In this document: one piece after another, positions 33,908-44,419 of the stretch
Layout of the letters: each line of letters starts with the position of its first letter
Position numbering within the stretch: the first letter of the stretch is position 1
DNA from: Candidatus Cloacimonadales bacterium
Lineage (GTDB): Bacteria > Cloacimonadota > Cloacimonadia > Cloacimonadales > DAONDQ01
Assembly (NCBI GenBank): GCA_963662275.1
Contig: OY759316.1
Location: 192,001-256,000 of the forward strand
DNA length: 64,000 nucleotides
Reading direction: 5' to 3'
Notes under the pieces: model-generated
Seen by the model: the letters and a program-made list of their open reading frames with translations, nothing else
The model's database searches: none
What the model was told of the DNA's origin: nothing
Made by a program: the position numbers and the translations under genes

Positions 33908-36841
33908 ATGAATTTGGAACAGAACCAGGTTTATTATGGTTTTCGTCTGAAATGGATCAAAGAAGTTAAGGAAATGAATTCTGCAGTATATTTTTTTACA
34001 CATGAAAAAACTGGTGCGGAATTAATGTATATGAAAAATGAAGATACTAATAAGGTCTTTTCTGTATTTTTTAAAACTCCACCGGAAGATAGTACAGGCT
34101 GCCCTCATATATTAGAGCATTCTGTTTTGAACGGTTCTAAACGCTTTCCGATTAAAGATCCTTTTACTGAACTTGTGAAGGGTTCATTGAACACTTTTCT
34201 GAACGCTTTCACTTCTTCCGATAAAACCATGTACCCTTTTGCCAGTATGAATCATAAGGATTTTCGTAATCTGATGGAAGTGTATCTTGATTCTGTCTTT
34301 TTCCCTAATATCTATCAATATCCTGAAATTTTCTGGCAGGAAGGCTGGCATCATGAGTTCAGTGAAAATGGCGAGTTGATATACAAAGGTGTTGTTTATA
34401 ACGAAATGAAAGGGGCTTTTTCTTCACCGGAAAGTGTGCTTTATCGCATGGTGCAATCAGTTCAAAATCCGGATAATGCTTATTTCTTTGAATCAGGTGG
34501 TGATCCTGAAGTAATACCGGAGCTTACCTATGAGAAATTTTGCAGCTTTCATAAAAAACATTATCATCCAAGTAACAGCCGTATCTTCTTGTATGGGGAT
34601 TTAGATCTGGAATCTGCATTTCAATTGATTGATGGTCAATATCTCAGCCAGTTTGATAAACTTGAAATTGATTTGACCATCAAACCACAAAGACCTTTTG
34701 ATCAACCGATTGAAGTTGTGGAGAAATATCCCATATCTTCATCTGATGATTCTTCAGAAAAGACGTATATGAGCTTGAATTTTACACTGCCGGATGTCAG
34801 GGATGCCGAAACATGTCTTGCCTTTTCGATTTTAAGACATATGCTCCTGGAAACGCCTGCTGCTCCATTAAAGAAAGCTATCCTTGAAGCAAAAATAGGT
34901 AAAGATGTTTTAGCTGTATTTGATGATGGGATCATGCAGCCGATTTTCGAGATCATTGTTAAAAATACAGAAACTGCCAGGAAAAATGAATTCAAGGAAG
35001 TTGTACGTCAAACACTTCAGCATCTTGTAAGGGATGGAATCGATAAAACATTAGTCGAAGCCTCCCTAAATCAATTGGAATTCCAATTAAGAGAAGCTGA
35101 AATGGGTCGTTTCCCCAAAGGTTTATACTATGGTTATACTGCTAGTAAGACTTGGCTTCATAATGCAGATCCACTTCTGTATCTTGAATATGAGAAACTG
35201 CTTCCAACATTCAAGAAAGCTCTCACAGAACCCTATTTTGAAAGTTTGATCGATAAATATCTGATAAACAATCCACATAGCAGTCTCCTGATTCTCGAAC
35301 CAAGCAAAACCTTGTCGGAAGAAAGGGAGAAAAAAACTAAAACTGATTTGAATCAGTACTTATCTGGTTTAACACCAGAACAGAGAATATCCTTGAAGTC
35401 TGATAATGAAAGACTTATGAAGCGCCAGAAGACTCCTGAAGCCCCTGAAGCATTGAATGTAATGCCACACCTTACCTTAGAAGATTTGGATACAGAAATC
35501 AAGAAACTACCATTGGAATGTGTCCAGGAGAATGGATTTCAGTTGCTTTTACATTCTCAGTTTACCAGTAAGATATTGTATATGGTAGCATATTTTGATA
35601 CACGTGTCTTACCCTTTGAGGACATTTTATACTTAGTTATCTTAGCCAAAACATTGGGAAATATTGATATAAAAGAAATGGATTATGCCAATTTATCAAA
35701 TGAAGTGAATATCCATACTGGTGGAATTCACGGCAGCCTGGAAAATCACTCAAATGCCCATGTTTTGGATATGGTTACACCAAAGCTAAGTCTTTATGGG
35801 AAAGCTTTAAGTTCAAAGATTCCTGAGCTGTTTAAATATTCTGCTCTGATCTTAAGCAGAACTGTTTTTCAGAATCATGACAGATTACTGGAAATCATCA
35901 GGGAAATGAAATCTTCCATTGAAATGGCTTTGATGCGTGCAGGACATCTTACAGCCATAACAAGGTTATGTTCAGGTTTCACACCAAGCCATGCTGTTTC
36001 AGAGATGTCTAAAGGTATCTCTCAATATCACTTTCTGGCAGATTTGGAAGCGAACTTCGATGAGCGTTATCAGACTCTGGCTGATAAGCTTGAAGATGTT
36101 CGAAGTATCATATTCCGTCCAGGTAACCTGATTCTCAGTCTAACTGGGGATGAAGAAGATATTACTGCAGCAAGAAAGTTAATACCACTTTTAATAGAGG
36201 AATTGCCCAAAGAAATCTTACCTTTAACGCAATATCCTTTTATAGAACAGCAAAAAAATGAAGCTCTTCTAGCTCCTGCTGAAATACAATATGTAGCACA
36301 AGGGTATAATTTCCTAAAACTAGGTCATGAGTATTCTGGAAAGATGCTCGTAACAAAATCGATCCTGTCTACGGATTTCCTCTATAACAAGATCAGAGTC
36401 CAGGGTGGTGCTTATGGGGCTTTATGTAATTTCTACAGAAGCGGTAATGTATTCTTCTGTTCTTACCGAGATCCCAATTTAAAAGAGACTTATGATGTAT
36501 ATTCAGGGATCAGTGAATACATGCGTAACTTCGATTGTAGTGACCGTGATATAACTAAATACATCATTGGTACAATAGCAGAATTGGATATGCCCCTGAC
36601 TCCAGCGATGAAAGGAAATAAAGCGGCTTCCAATTATCTTGCAGGAATCACGGATGAGGATCGTCAGAAGGAACGAACTGAAGTCCTGAAAGCCATTCCC
36701 CAGGATGTTAGGGATTTGGCTGATTTAGTAGATCAAATTATAGAAAAGAATTTTATCTGTACATTTGGAAATGAGAAAAAGATACGTGAAAATAGTGATT
36801 TATTCAAAGTATTGGTACCGGTATTCTCTTCAAAAAGCTAG
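33908..36841 (+). CDS. M16C insulinase-family metallopeptidase (presequence protease-like)
   Basis: Inverted zinc motif HILEH, TFLNAFT, QEGWH, GVVYNEMKG, IRVQGGAYG, SYRDPN. Confidence 0.93.
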   Translation: MNLEQNQVYYGFRLKWIKEVKEMNSAVYFFTHEKTGAELMYMKNEDTNKVFSVFFKTPPEDSTGCPHILEHSVLNGSKRFPIKDPFTELVKGSLNTFLNAFTSSDKTMYPFASMNHKDFRNLMEVYLDSVFFPNIYQYPEIFWQEGWHHEFSENGELIYKGVVYNEMKGAFSSPESVLYRMVQSVQNPDNAYFFESGGDPEVIPELTYEKFCSFHKKHYHPSNSRIFLYGDLDLESAFQLIDGQYLSQFDKLEIDLTIKPQRPFDQPIEVVEKYPISSSDDSSEKTYMSLNFTLPDVRDAETCLAFSILRHMLLETPAAPLKKAILEAKIGKDVLAVFDDGIMQPIFEIIVKNTETARKNEFKEVVRQTLQHLVRDGIDKTLVEASLNQLEFQLREAEMGRFPKGLYYGYTASKTWLHNADPLLYLEYEKLLPTFKKALTEPYFESLIDKYLINNPHSSLLILEPSKTLSEEREKKTKTDLNQYLSGLTPEQRISLKSDNERLMKRQKTPEAPEALNVMPHLTLEDLDTEIKKLPLECVQENGFQLLLHSQFTSKILYMVAYFDTRVLPFEDILYLVILAKTLGNIDIKEMDYANLSNEVNIHTGGIHGSLENHSNAHVLDMVTPKLSLYGKALSSKIPELFKYSALILSRTVFQNHDRLLEIIREMKSSIEMALMRAGHLTAITRLCSGFTPSHAVSEMSKGISQYHFLADLEANFDERYQTLADKLEDVRSIIFRPGNLILSLTGDEEDITAARKLIPLLIEELPKEILPLTQYPFIEQQKNEALLAPAEIQYVAQGYNFLKLGHEYSGKMLVTKSILSTDFLYNKIRVQGGAYGALCNFYRSGNVFFCSYRDPNLKETYDVYSGISEYMRNFDCSDRDITKYIIGTIAELDMPLTPAMKGNKAASNYLAGITDEDRQKERTEVLKAIPQDVRDLADLVDQIIEKNFICTFGNEKKIRENSDLFKVLVPVFSSKS

Positions 36842-36874
36842 GTAGCATCCACTTCAGCGGATATAAGGAAGATA

Positions 36875-37945
36875 ATGCAAAAGAAAAAAGATAAGAAACG
36901 GCATACCAGATCAGCACCCAGGCTCATGAATGTTGAGTTTGGTGATTTGGATATGTTGGATAATACCGAGTATGACCATGATCGAAAAAGCTCACATCGT
37001 TCCGTGGAACACGGCACAAAATCATTCAAAAATGATATGGTGCTTGAAAAAGGACGAATTGTGGAAGTAAAATCAAATTATAGCTGTATCGTTCAATTGC
37101 CGGACAGAAAAGTTGTCTGTTCCTTGAGTGGCAGATTGAAACAGTTTCGTTTTGAAACTCGTGTTTTAGCTGCGGTTGGGGATTGGGTCAGTGTAAATAT
37201 AAGTAATCCTGATCATGCTCGGATTGAAGATATTTTTCCCCGTAAGAATAGACTTTCCCGCTATACAGAGGGAAGCTTTCAAACAGAAATTATCCTTGCT
37301 TCCAATATAGATCAGATTATCATCACGACTTCAGCAAGATTACCAATGATTAAACCCGGTCTTGTAGATCGTTATCTTTGTATTGCACATATCCAGGGTT
37401 TAGAAGCTATTGTATGTGTGAATAAAATGGATCTGGCCGATAATCCTGTAGAGATTAGACAAATCTGTTCCTATTATGAAAAGTGCGGTATTCCTGTTGT
37501 TTATACATCAACCGTGACCGGTGAAGGTATGGATGAATTGAGGCAACTTCTCAAAGATCGTGATTCAATTTTTTCTGGTCAGTCCGGGGTAGGTAAATCA
37601 ACACTTATCAATGCTATTCAACCTGAGTTAGCTTTGAAGATTGGCGAAATCAGCATGTTCAACGAAAAGGGAAAACACACGACGACACAGGCAATTATGC
37701 TGGAGTGGGATTTTGGCGGACATCTTGTTGATACACCTGGATTAAAGACAATCAATCTACATCGCGAAGATAAACCAAGAGTGCCTGAGATTTTTCCTGG
37801 ATTTGAAGAATTGAGACTTCGATGTAAATTCCCCGATTGTTCTCATTTTCATGAAGAAGGATGTGCAATACAATCTGCTGTTGAATTTGGTGAAATTCCC
37901 TATGAACGATATGAATCATACCAACGAATCTATGAATCATTGTAA
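36875..37945 (+). CDS. rsgA: Ribosome small subunit-dependent GTPase A
   Basis: Circularly permuted GTPase NKMD...GQSGVGKST...GKHTTT...DTPG; C-terminal CKFPDCSH..E.GC zinc site. Confidence 0.96.
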   Translation: MQKKKDKKRHTRSAPRLMNVEFGDLDMLDNTEYDHDRKSSHRSVEHGTKSFKNDMVLEKGRIVEVKSNYSCIVQLPDRKVVCSLSGRLKQFRFETRVLAAVGDWVSVNISNPDHARIEDIFPRKNRLSRYTEGSFQTEIILASNIDQIIITTSARLPMIKPGLVDRYLCIAHIQGLEAIVCVNKMDLADNPVEIRQICSYYEKCGIPVVYTSTVTGEGMDELRQLLKDRDSIFSGQSGVGKSTLINAIQPELALKIGEISMFNEKGKHTTTQAIMLEWDFGGHLVDTPGLKTINLHREDKPRVPEIFPGFEELRLRCKFPDCSHFHEEGCAIQSAVEFGEIPYERYESYQRIYESL

Positions 37946-37957
37946 GGATAGGTTTTA

Positions 37958-38818
37958 ATGAAACATTTCGGAGTTTATTTAAATCCAAGTTATGCTCATA
38001 AAAATGAAGTTTATGATATTTTACTTTCTATGCATGCAACCAAGGATATTCATTTTTATGGTTTACCGGAACAAAAGTCAGTTTTACCACCCTTCATACG
38101 TTGTGATGCTGATCTTGAGAATGGAAAGCCCAAACTTGCATGTATCTTGGTTTTCGGTGGAGATGGCACCATCATGCGTGCCAAGAAAATGGCTTTGGAT
38201 ACTGGATCTCCGATATTGGGTATCAATATCGGTAACTTAGGATTTTTATCCGAAAGTACTTTGAAAGATGTAAAAAAATCCATGGAGTCTTTATTCCGAA
38301 ATCATTATGAGATTCAAACTCGCATGTTGTTAGAAATCAAATTGAAGCGAAAGGGTAAAATCATCGCTTCTGAACTTGCTCTAAATGATGCCGTTATTTA
38401 TAAGGCAATTACTCCAAGGCTGATCGAGATCAGAGTCTATTCAAACCGTAGGCTTGTTATTGATGCCCGTTGTGATGGAATAGTTGCATCATCCCCTACC
38501 GGATCGACTGCATACTCGCTTTCTGCCGGAGGACCTATATTATCTCCCCTGATGGATGCCATTGTTGTCAGTCCTCTAAATCCTCATATCTTAGCAACTC
38601 GACCCATTGTTTTTCCTGCCAGCGATACATTGAGCTTTAAAATGATGCAGATATACCAAATGGCTGTTCTGCAAATTGATGGGCAGAATGTACATGACCT
38701 GGAAAATGGGGATGAAGTATTTGTTACAGCAGCCAAACAAAAGATCAGTTTTATCAAACTTAATAAACAAACATTCTACCAGATTCTTCGAAAAAAAATG
38801 CATATGGGAAGACTATGA
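37958..38818 (+). CDS. nadK: NAD(+) kinase
   Basis: GGDGT, GNLGFL, ALND, DGIVASSPTGSTAYSLSAGGP; upstream of recN. Confidence 0.95.
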   Translation: MKHFGVYLNPSYAHKNEVYDILLSMHATKDIHFYGLPEQKSVLPPFIRCDADLENGKPKLACILVFGGDGTIMRAKKMALDTGSPILGINIGNLGFLSESTLKDVKKSMESLFRNHYEIQTRMLLEIKLKRKGKIIASELALNDAVIYKAITPRLIEIRVYSNRRLVIDARCDGIVASSPTGSTAYSLSAGGPILSPLMDAIVVSPLNPHILATRPIVFPASDTLSFKMMQIYQMAVLQIDGQNVHDLENGDEVFVTAAKQKISFIKLNKQTFYQILRKKMHMGRL

Positions 38819-40521
38819 TTCGAAAATTGAAATTACTCAATTTCATCTTAGTAACTGAGATAGAACTTGAATTCAGTGATGGATTACAAGTCATAACCGG
38901 TGAAACCGGGGCGGGTAAATCAATTTTAGTCGGAGCATTGAGTCTAATTCTTGGTGGTACTCTACGCCAGTACCAGGCATTTGATGTAAGTAAGTCAATC
39001 TTTTTGGAGGCTGTTTTCTCTGTTGAAAAAGAACAAAAAGGTCTTCAACATCTTCTTGAACAATATGGCATTGATGAGGACGAAGAACTTATTCTGGCGA
39101 AGGAGATAAATCCAGCGGGTAAGATCACATGTTATCTCAATGGCAGAAAAGTAACGAATAATACATTAAAAGAATTCGGTGAAGAATTATTAGATTTTCA
39201 TGGGCAGAATGAACATCAGCGTTTGCTGCAGCGTTCTTATCAATTAGATCTCTTGGATGAATTTGGTAATTTGATGGAAATGCGAGATTCTTTCCGATCT
39301 CAGTATCATTCTTTATTGGATAAGTGCACTGAACTGCAGGGCATGAAGTTAGCTGAACAATCTTTAAAGGATAAAATGGAATTGTTCAAGTATCAAAAGG
39401 ATGAAATTGAGGAAGCAAGGCTAACTTTAAATGAAGATGAGGATTTGCAAAAGGAACTGAATATTTTAACCCATGCAGGTGAAATACAGCAACTTACCAG
39501 TGAAGGTCTGCATTTTCTCTATGAAGGTGATCAAACATCATATGATCAACTAAATACATTTATCAGTAAATTATCTCACTATACAACAGATCATGTTCAT
39601 ATTGCTGCTTCGGTTCAACATCTTAATGATTGCCTTGGCTACCTGGATGAAGCGATACAAGAATTACGTCTGTTACAGGATTCAGTTCAAATTGATGATC
39701 AGCGTCTTGTCGAAGTGGAACAACGCTGGAATGAAATCAATCGGTTTAAAGCGAAGTATCGGGTGCAGAAAATAGATGATGTAATTATTTATTTGAATAT
39801 GATTAACCAGAGTTTGAGAGACTATCAATCCAATCAGAAACAAATTTCAGATCTGGCTGAGATAATTCAGTCAGATTGTGCGAAATTAAAGTCACAGGCA
39901 GATGTTTTAACTGATTCACGGAAAAAGGCAGCGATCCAATTCAGTGCTCTTGTTGAGGAGAATATTCACCAATTAGCAATTCCTGATGGTAAAATAGAAA
40001 TACAATTTGACAAAAAACAGGATATAATTGATAAAACACAGGATGCTTTATTATATTATAACGATAGAGGTCAGGATGGCATTGATTTTTATTTCTCAGC
40101 CAATCGTGGAAGTCCTATTCAATTATTAAAACATGCTGTTTCAGGCGGTGAACTATCACGCTTGTTACTTGCGATTAAGAAAATTTTGTCCGATAAATTA
40201 GAAAAAAGAGTGATTGTGTTTGATGAAATAGATGCCGGAATCGGGGGTAAAACGGCTGATAGTCTGGCTGGTTTTATAAGATCGATTGCGAAATATCACC
40301 AAGTTCTTTGTATCACGCATCTACCACAGATTGCAGCAGCAGCAACGCATCAATATGCAATCGAGAAAAAGGCAAGGAAAGATAAAACAGAGATGTATGT
40401 GGAATTGTTGTTACCTGACGAACGTGTTCATGAAATAGCCCGGATGTTATCAGGAATGACGACAGAAACTGCACTACAACATGCGAATGAACTACTAAAC
40501 AGAAATAGAGGGAGGGACTAA
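38815..40521 (+). CDS. recN: DNA repair protein RecN
   Basis: ITGETGAGKS, HGQNEHQ, SGGELSR, VFDEIDAGIGG, CITHLPQIAA. Confidence 0.96.
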   Translation: MIRKLKLLNFILVTEIELEFSDGLQVITGETGAGKSILVGALSLILGGTLRQYQAFDVSKSIFLEAVFSVEKEQKGLQHLLEQYGIDEDEELILAKEINPAGKITCYLNGRKVTNNTLKEFGEELLDFHGQNEHQRLLQRSYQLDLLDEFGNLMEMRDSFRSQYHSLLDKCTELQGMKLAEQSLKDKMELFKYQKDEIEEARLTLNEDEDLQKELNILTHAGEIQQLTSEGLHFLYEGDQTSYDQLNTFISKLSHYTTDHVHIAASVQHLNDCLGYLDEAIQELRLLQDSVQIDDQRLVEVEQRWNEINRFKAKYRVQKIDDVIIYLNMINQSLRDYQSNQKQISDLAEIIQSDCAKLKSQADVLTDSRKKAAIQFSALVEENIHQLAIPDGKIEIQFDKKQDIIDKTQDALLYYNDRGQDGIDFYFSANRGSPIQLLKHAVSGGELSRLLLAIKKILSDKLEKRVIVFDEIDAGIGGKTADSLAGFIRSIAKYHQVLCITHLPQIAAAATHQYAIEKKARKDKTEMYVELLLPDERVHEIARMLSGMTTETALQHANELLNRNRGRD

Positions 40522-40523
40522 TT

Positions 40524-41417
40524 ATGGCCCTAAAAAGAAGGATTAAAACCGGAATTGCGGTAATGATAATTATCTTTGCTTTTTTAACAGCATATATGAC
40601 AAATAGGGGGAGCATATCTCCATATGAAGGAAAAGAGAATTTTAGCAAGGTTGAACATGTCTTTGATTTTTCGGATAATAATTCTAAACTGAAAGTTGAG
40701 ATGAGTATTTCTGATTTACAGAGGAATCAAGATTCTTTTACCAAGCTGCTTGCACTTCCTGAGATGATCCATAACTATCATGAAGTCATTGGAAAGCAAT
40801 CTGTATATCTTCTTGAAATTCCTTCCCAGATGAAAGATACTTTCATAATGGACGCCAAGAAAGTTGGTAGAGTTGTCATTTCGAAAGAGATAACTCGTGT
40901 GACTGAAGTTGACCCCAATTTGGAAACTAAATTAGCTGATTTCAAACTCATAAAACAACAACTTATTGAAGATATTTCCAAAAGAAGAGAAGCTTCTGAT
41001 TATAAGATTACGCGTATCAAGGATCTCCAAGCCACGATTGATAGTTTGACAACGAGCCTGCAAGCTCGTGAACATAATCGGAATATGAGTTTGATTTATC
41101 TGATTTTAACGGATGCAACTTCACAGAGAGCAAATCCTTTTCATAGTTTACTATCTTTCCTCAAACAAGTGCTCTTTAATGTACTCATATATTCGGTAAT
41201 AGTAATAGGTGCGTATTATGGTTCACGCCTCCTGGTAGCATTTATGACATATATGGGGGTGCGGAGTTCATCAAGTACCGGTGCATATCGTTATGGTGGT
41301 AAATATGGATATGGATACAGCTATGGCTCTTCAAATCGGAAACGCAAGATAAAGAGAATTTATAAAGGAAATGTTCCCAAAGAACCTGATGAAGAGGATG
41401 AAACACTCCCCAAATAA
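40524..41417 (+). CDS. Hypothetical membrane protein (N-terminal TM, coiled coil, C-terminal TM, Gly/Tyr-rich tail); architecture reminiscent of DUF4349
   Basis: 297-aa ORF in an operon with GGAGG RBS; hydrophobic segments near both ends. Confidence 0.6.
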   Translation: MALKRRIKTGIAVMIIIFAFLTAYMTNRGSISPYEGKENFSKVEHVFDFSDNNSKLKVEMSISDLQRNQDSFTKLLALPEMIHNYHEVIGKQSVYLLEIPSQMKDTFIMDAKKVGRVVISKEITRVTEVDPNLETKLADFKLIKQQLIEDISKRREASDYKITRIKDLQATIDSLTTSLQAREHNRNMSLIYLILTDATSQRANPFHSLLSFLKQVLFNVLIYSVIVIGAYYGSRLLVAFMTYMGVRSSSSTGAYRYGGKYGYGYSYGSSNRKRKIKRIYKGNVPKEPDEEDETLPK

Positions 41418-41431
41418 CAGGAGGTTAAGTT

Positions 41432-41887
41432 ATGAGCGATTTTTCACCTTGGATGTACTGGGTTGCAGCAGGAATTATCTGCGTCATTATTGAAATCTTC
41501 TATCCGGCTTTCTTTTTTCTCAGTATAGGAATTGCCGCTATCATTACTGGAATCTTGGCATCTCTGCATGTTATTTCCAGTTTTGTTGTTCTACAAATCA
41601 TTATATTCGGTGTCGTTAGTATTCTGACCTTCCTGAGTATGAAGAAATTAGGAAAAAAGATCATATCTGAACCGACAAAACCAACTAATGTCTATGCTTT
41701 AATCGGGAAATCTGGTCATGTCACAACCAATATACCCTCCGTCGGTCGCGGTCATGTTAAGATCGGAGGGGAAGAATGGTCTGCAACATCAAAAACCGGT
41801 GAATCAATTGCTACCGGTACCATGATCGTCGTTGTCGAATTAGATGGCAATAAAGTGATCGTGGAAAGCAAAAAGGATGAATCATGA
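41432..41887 (+). CDS. NfeD-family (YbbJ-like) membrane protein
   Basis: Three TM segments, then LIGKSG.V...GHVKIGGEEWSA OB domain; adjacent to an SPFH gene. Confidence 0.9.
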   Translation: MSDFSPWMYWVAAGIICVIIEIFYPAFFFLSIGIAAIITGILASLHVISSFVVLQIIIFGVVSILTFLSMKKLGKKIISEPTKPTNVYALIGKSGHVTTNIPSVGRGHVKIGGEEWSATSKTGESIATGTMIVVVELDGNKVIVESKKDES

Positions 41888-42828
41888 CACTCCCTATTGT
41901 ACTAATCATATTTGTCATACTTGTGATATCCATTATTTCGAAAGGATTGATCATCGTCCGTCAGGCTGAAGTCGTTATAATTGAAAGACTCGGTAGATAT
42001 CATGTTACCTTGACAAGCGGATTGCATTTGATCGTTCCAATTTTTGATCGTCCTCGACCCATTCATTGGCGTTATGTTCGTAATGATATGCGTGGAAATG
42101 CAATGGTCGTAATGCGCGTTGAAAATAGAATTGATCTTCGTGAAACTGTCTATGATTTTCCCCGCCAAAAAGTGATTACCAGTGATAACGTAACGATCGA
42201 TATCAATGCACTACTCTATTTCCAAGTCACAGATCCCTATAAAGCAGTCTATGAAATCGGTAATCTTCCGGATGCAATAGAAAAACTAACACAAACAACT
42301 TTACGTAATGTTATTGGTGAAATGGAATTGGATAAATGCCTGATATCACGAGATACAATCAATACTAAACTGAGAAATATACTGGATGAAGCTACTGATA
42401 AATGGGGTGTGAAAGTCAATCGTGTGGAATTGCAGGATATCATGCCACCTAAGGAAATTCAAACTGCGATGGAAAAACAGATGCGTGCTGAACGAGACAA
42501 ACGTGCTCGTATCCTGGAAGCTGATGGTGAAAGAGAATACCAGGTAAGGGTCGCGGATGGTGACCGCCAGGCTAAGATCAACCGTGCCCAGGGTGAAGCA
42601 GAAGCCAAGCTGTTAGTCGCTGATGCAGAAAAAAGGTCAATCCAGATGATTGCAGAAGCAGTTTCCATGACTAAAACAGATCCTGCCCAATATATGCTCG
42701 CTTTAAAGTATATCATTGCCTTTACTGATATTGTCCAGAAAGGTGATAAGACAGTGGTCGTACCTTATGAAGCGACTGCAATGTTGGGATCGATCAAGAT
42801 GATGGAGCAATTGTTTAAAACAACATAA
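41884..42828 (+). CDS. SPFH/band-7 (stomatin/QmcA-like) protein
   Basis: IERLGRY, Q.VITSDNV, TTLRNVIG, LDEATDKWGVKVNRVE, AMEKQMRAER. Confidence 0.93.
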   Translation: MTLPIVLIIFVILVISIISKGLIIVRQAEVVIIERLGRYHVTLTSGLHLIVPIFDRPRPIHWRYVRNDMRGNAMVVMRVENRIDLRETVYDFPRQKVITSDNVTIDINALLYFQVTDPYKAVYEIGNLPDAIEKLTQTTLRNVIGEMELDKCLISRDTINTKLRNILDEATDKWGVKVNRVELQDIMPPKEIQTAMEKQMRAERDKRARILEADGEREYQVRVADGDRQAKINRAQGEAEAKLLVADAEKRSIQMIAEAVSMTKTDPAQYMLALKYIIAFTDIVQKGDKTVVVPYEATAMLGSIKMMEQLFKTT

Positions 42829-44136
<1,308 letters not shown>

Positions 44137-44166
44137 TTAATGCATATGGATAAGCTTTGTATATCG

Positions 44167-44200
44167 AAATGGCAGACTTAACGGTCTGCCATTTTATTTA
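44167..44200 (+). terminator. Intrinsic terminator after eno
   Basis: AAATGGCAGAC-ttaacg-GTCTGCCATTT followed by a T-rich tail. Confidence 0.75.
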
Positions 44201-44419
44201 GGTAATCAGTTTGGGCATATGAACTCCAGAATCTCAGCTTTCATATCAAGTTCGCCCATCTGTTAGTCCTCTCTTTTTCATTAATCTCATATAATGTTTG
44301 AACTCAATAATTTCTTTATTACGCTGTTATCAAATTATATTTATTACACTTGGTTATTTCCTTTACAAAAGATAATAGCTTCTTTAATTGGCAATCGAAT
44401 TCACATAGGAGATGACAAT

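Noticed and set aside
36998..37011. parS-like sequence CGTTCCGTGGAACA in rsgA
   Set aside because: Two bases short of the 16-bp TGTTNCACGTGNAACA palindrome; only one half-site matches.
44294..44419. Longer N-termini in the ORF track (hppA 44294; also 10330, 28967, 32837, 56480, 61108)
   Set aside because: Downstream ATGs have clear Shine-Dalgarno sequences and give family-typical or signal-peptide N-termini.
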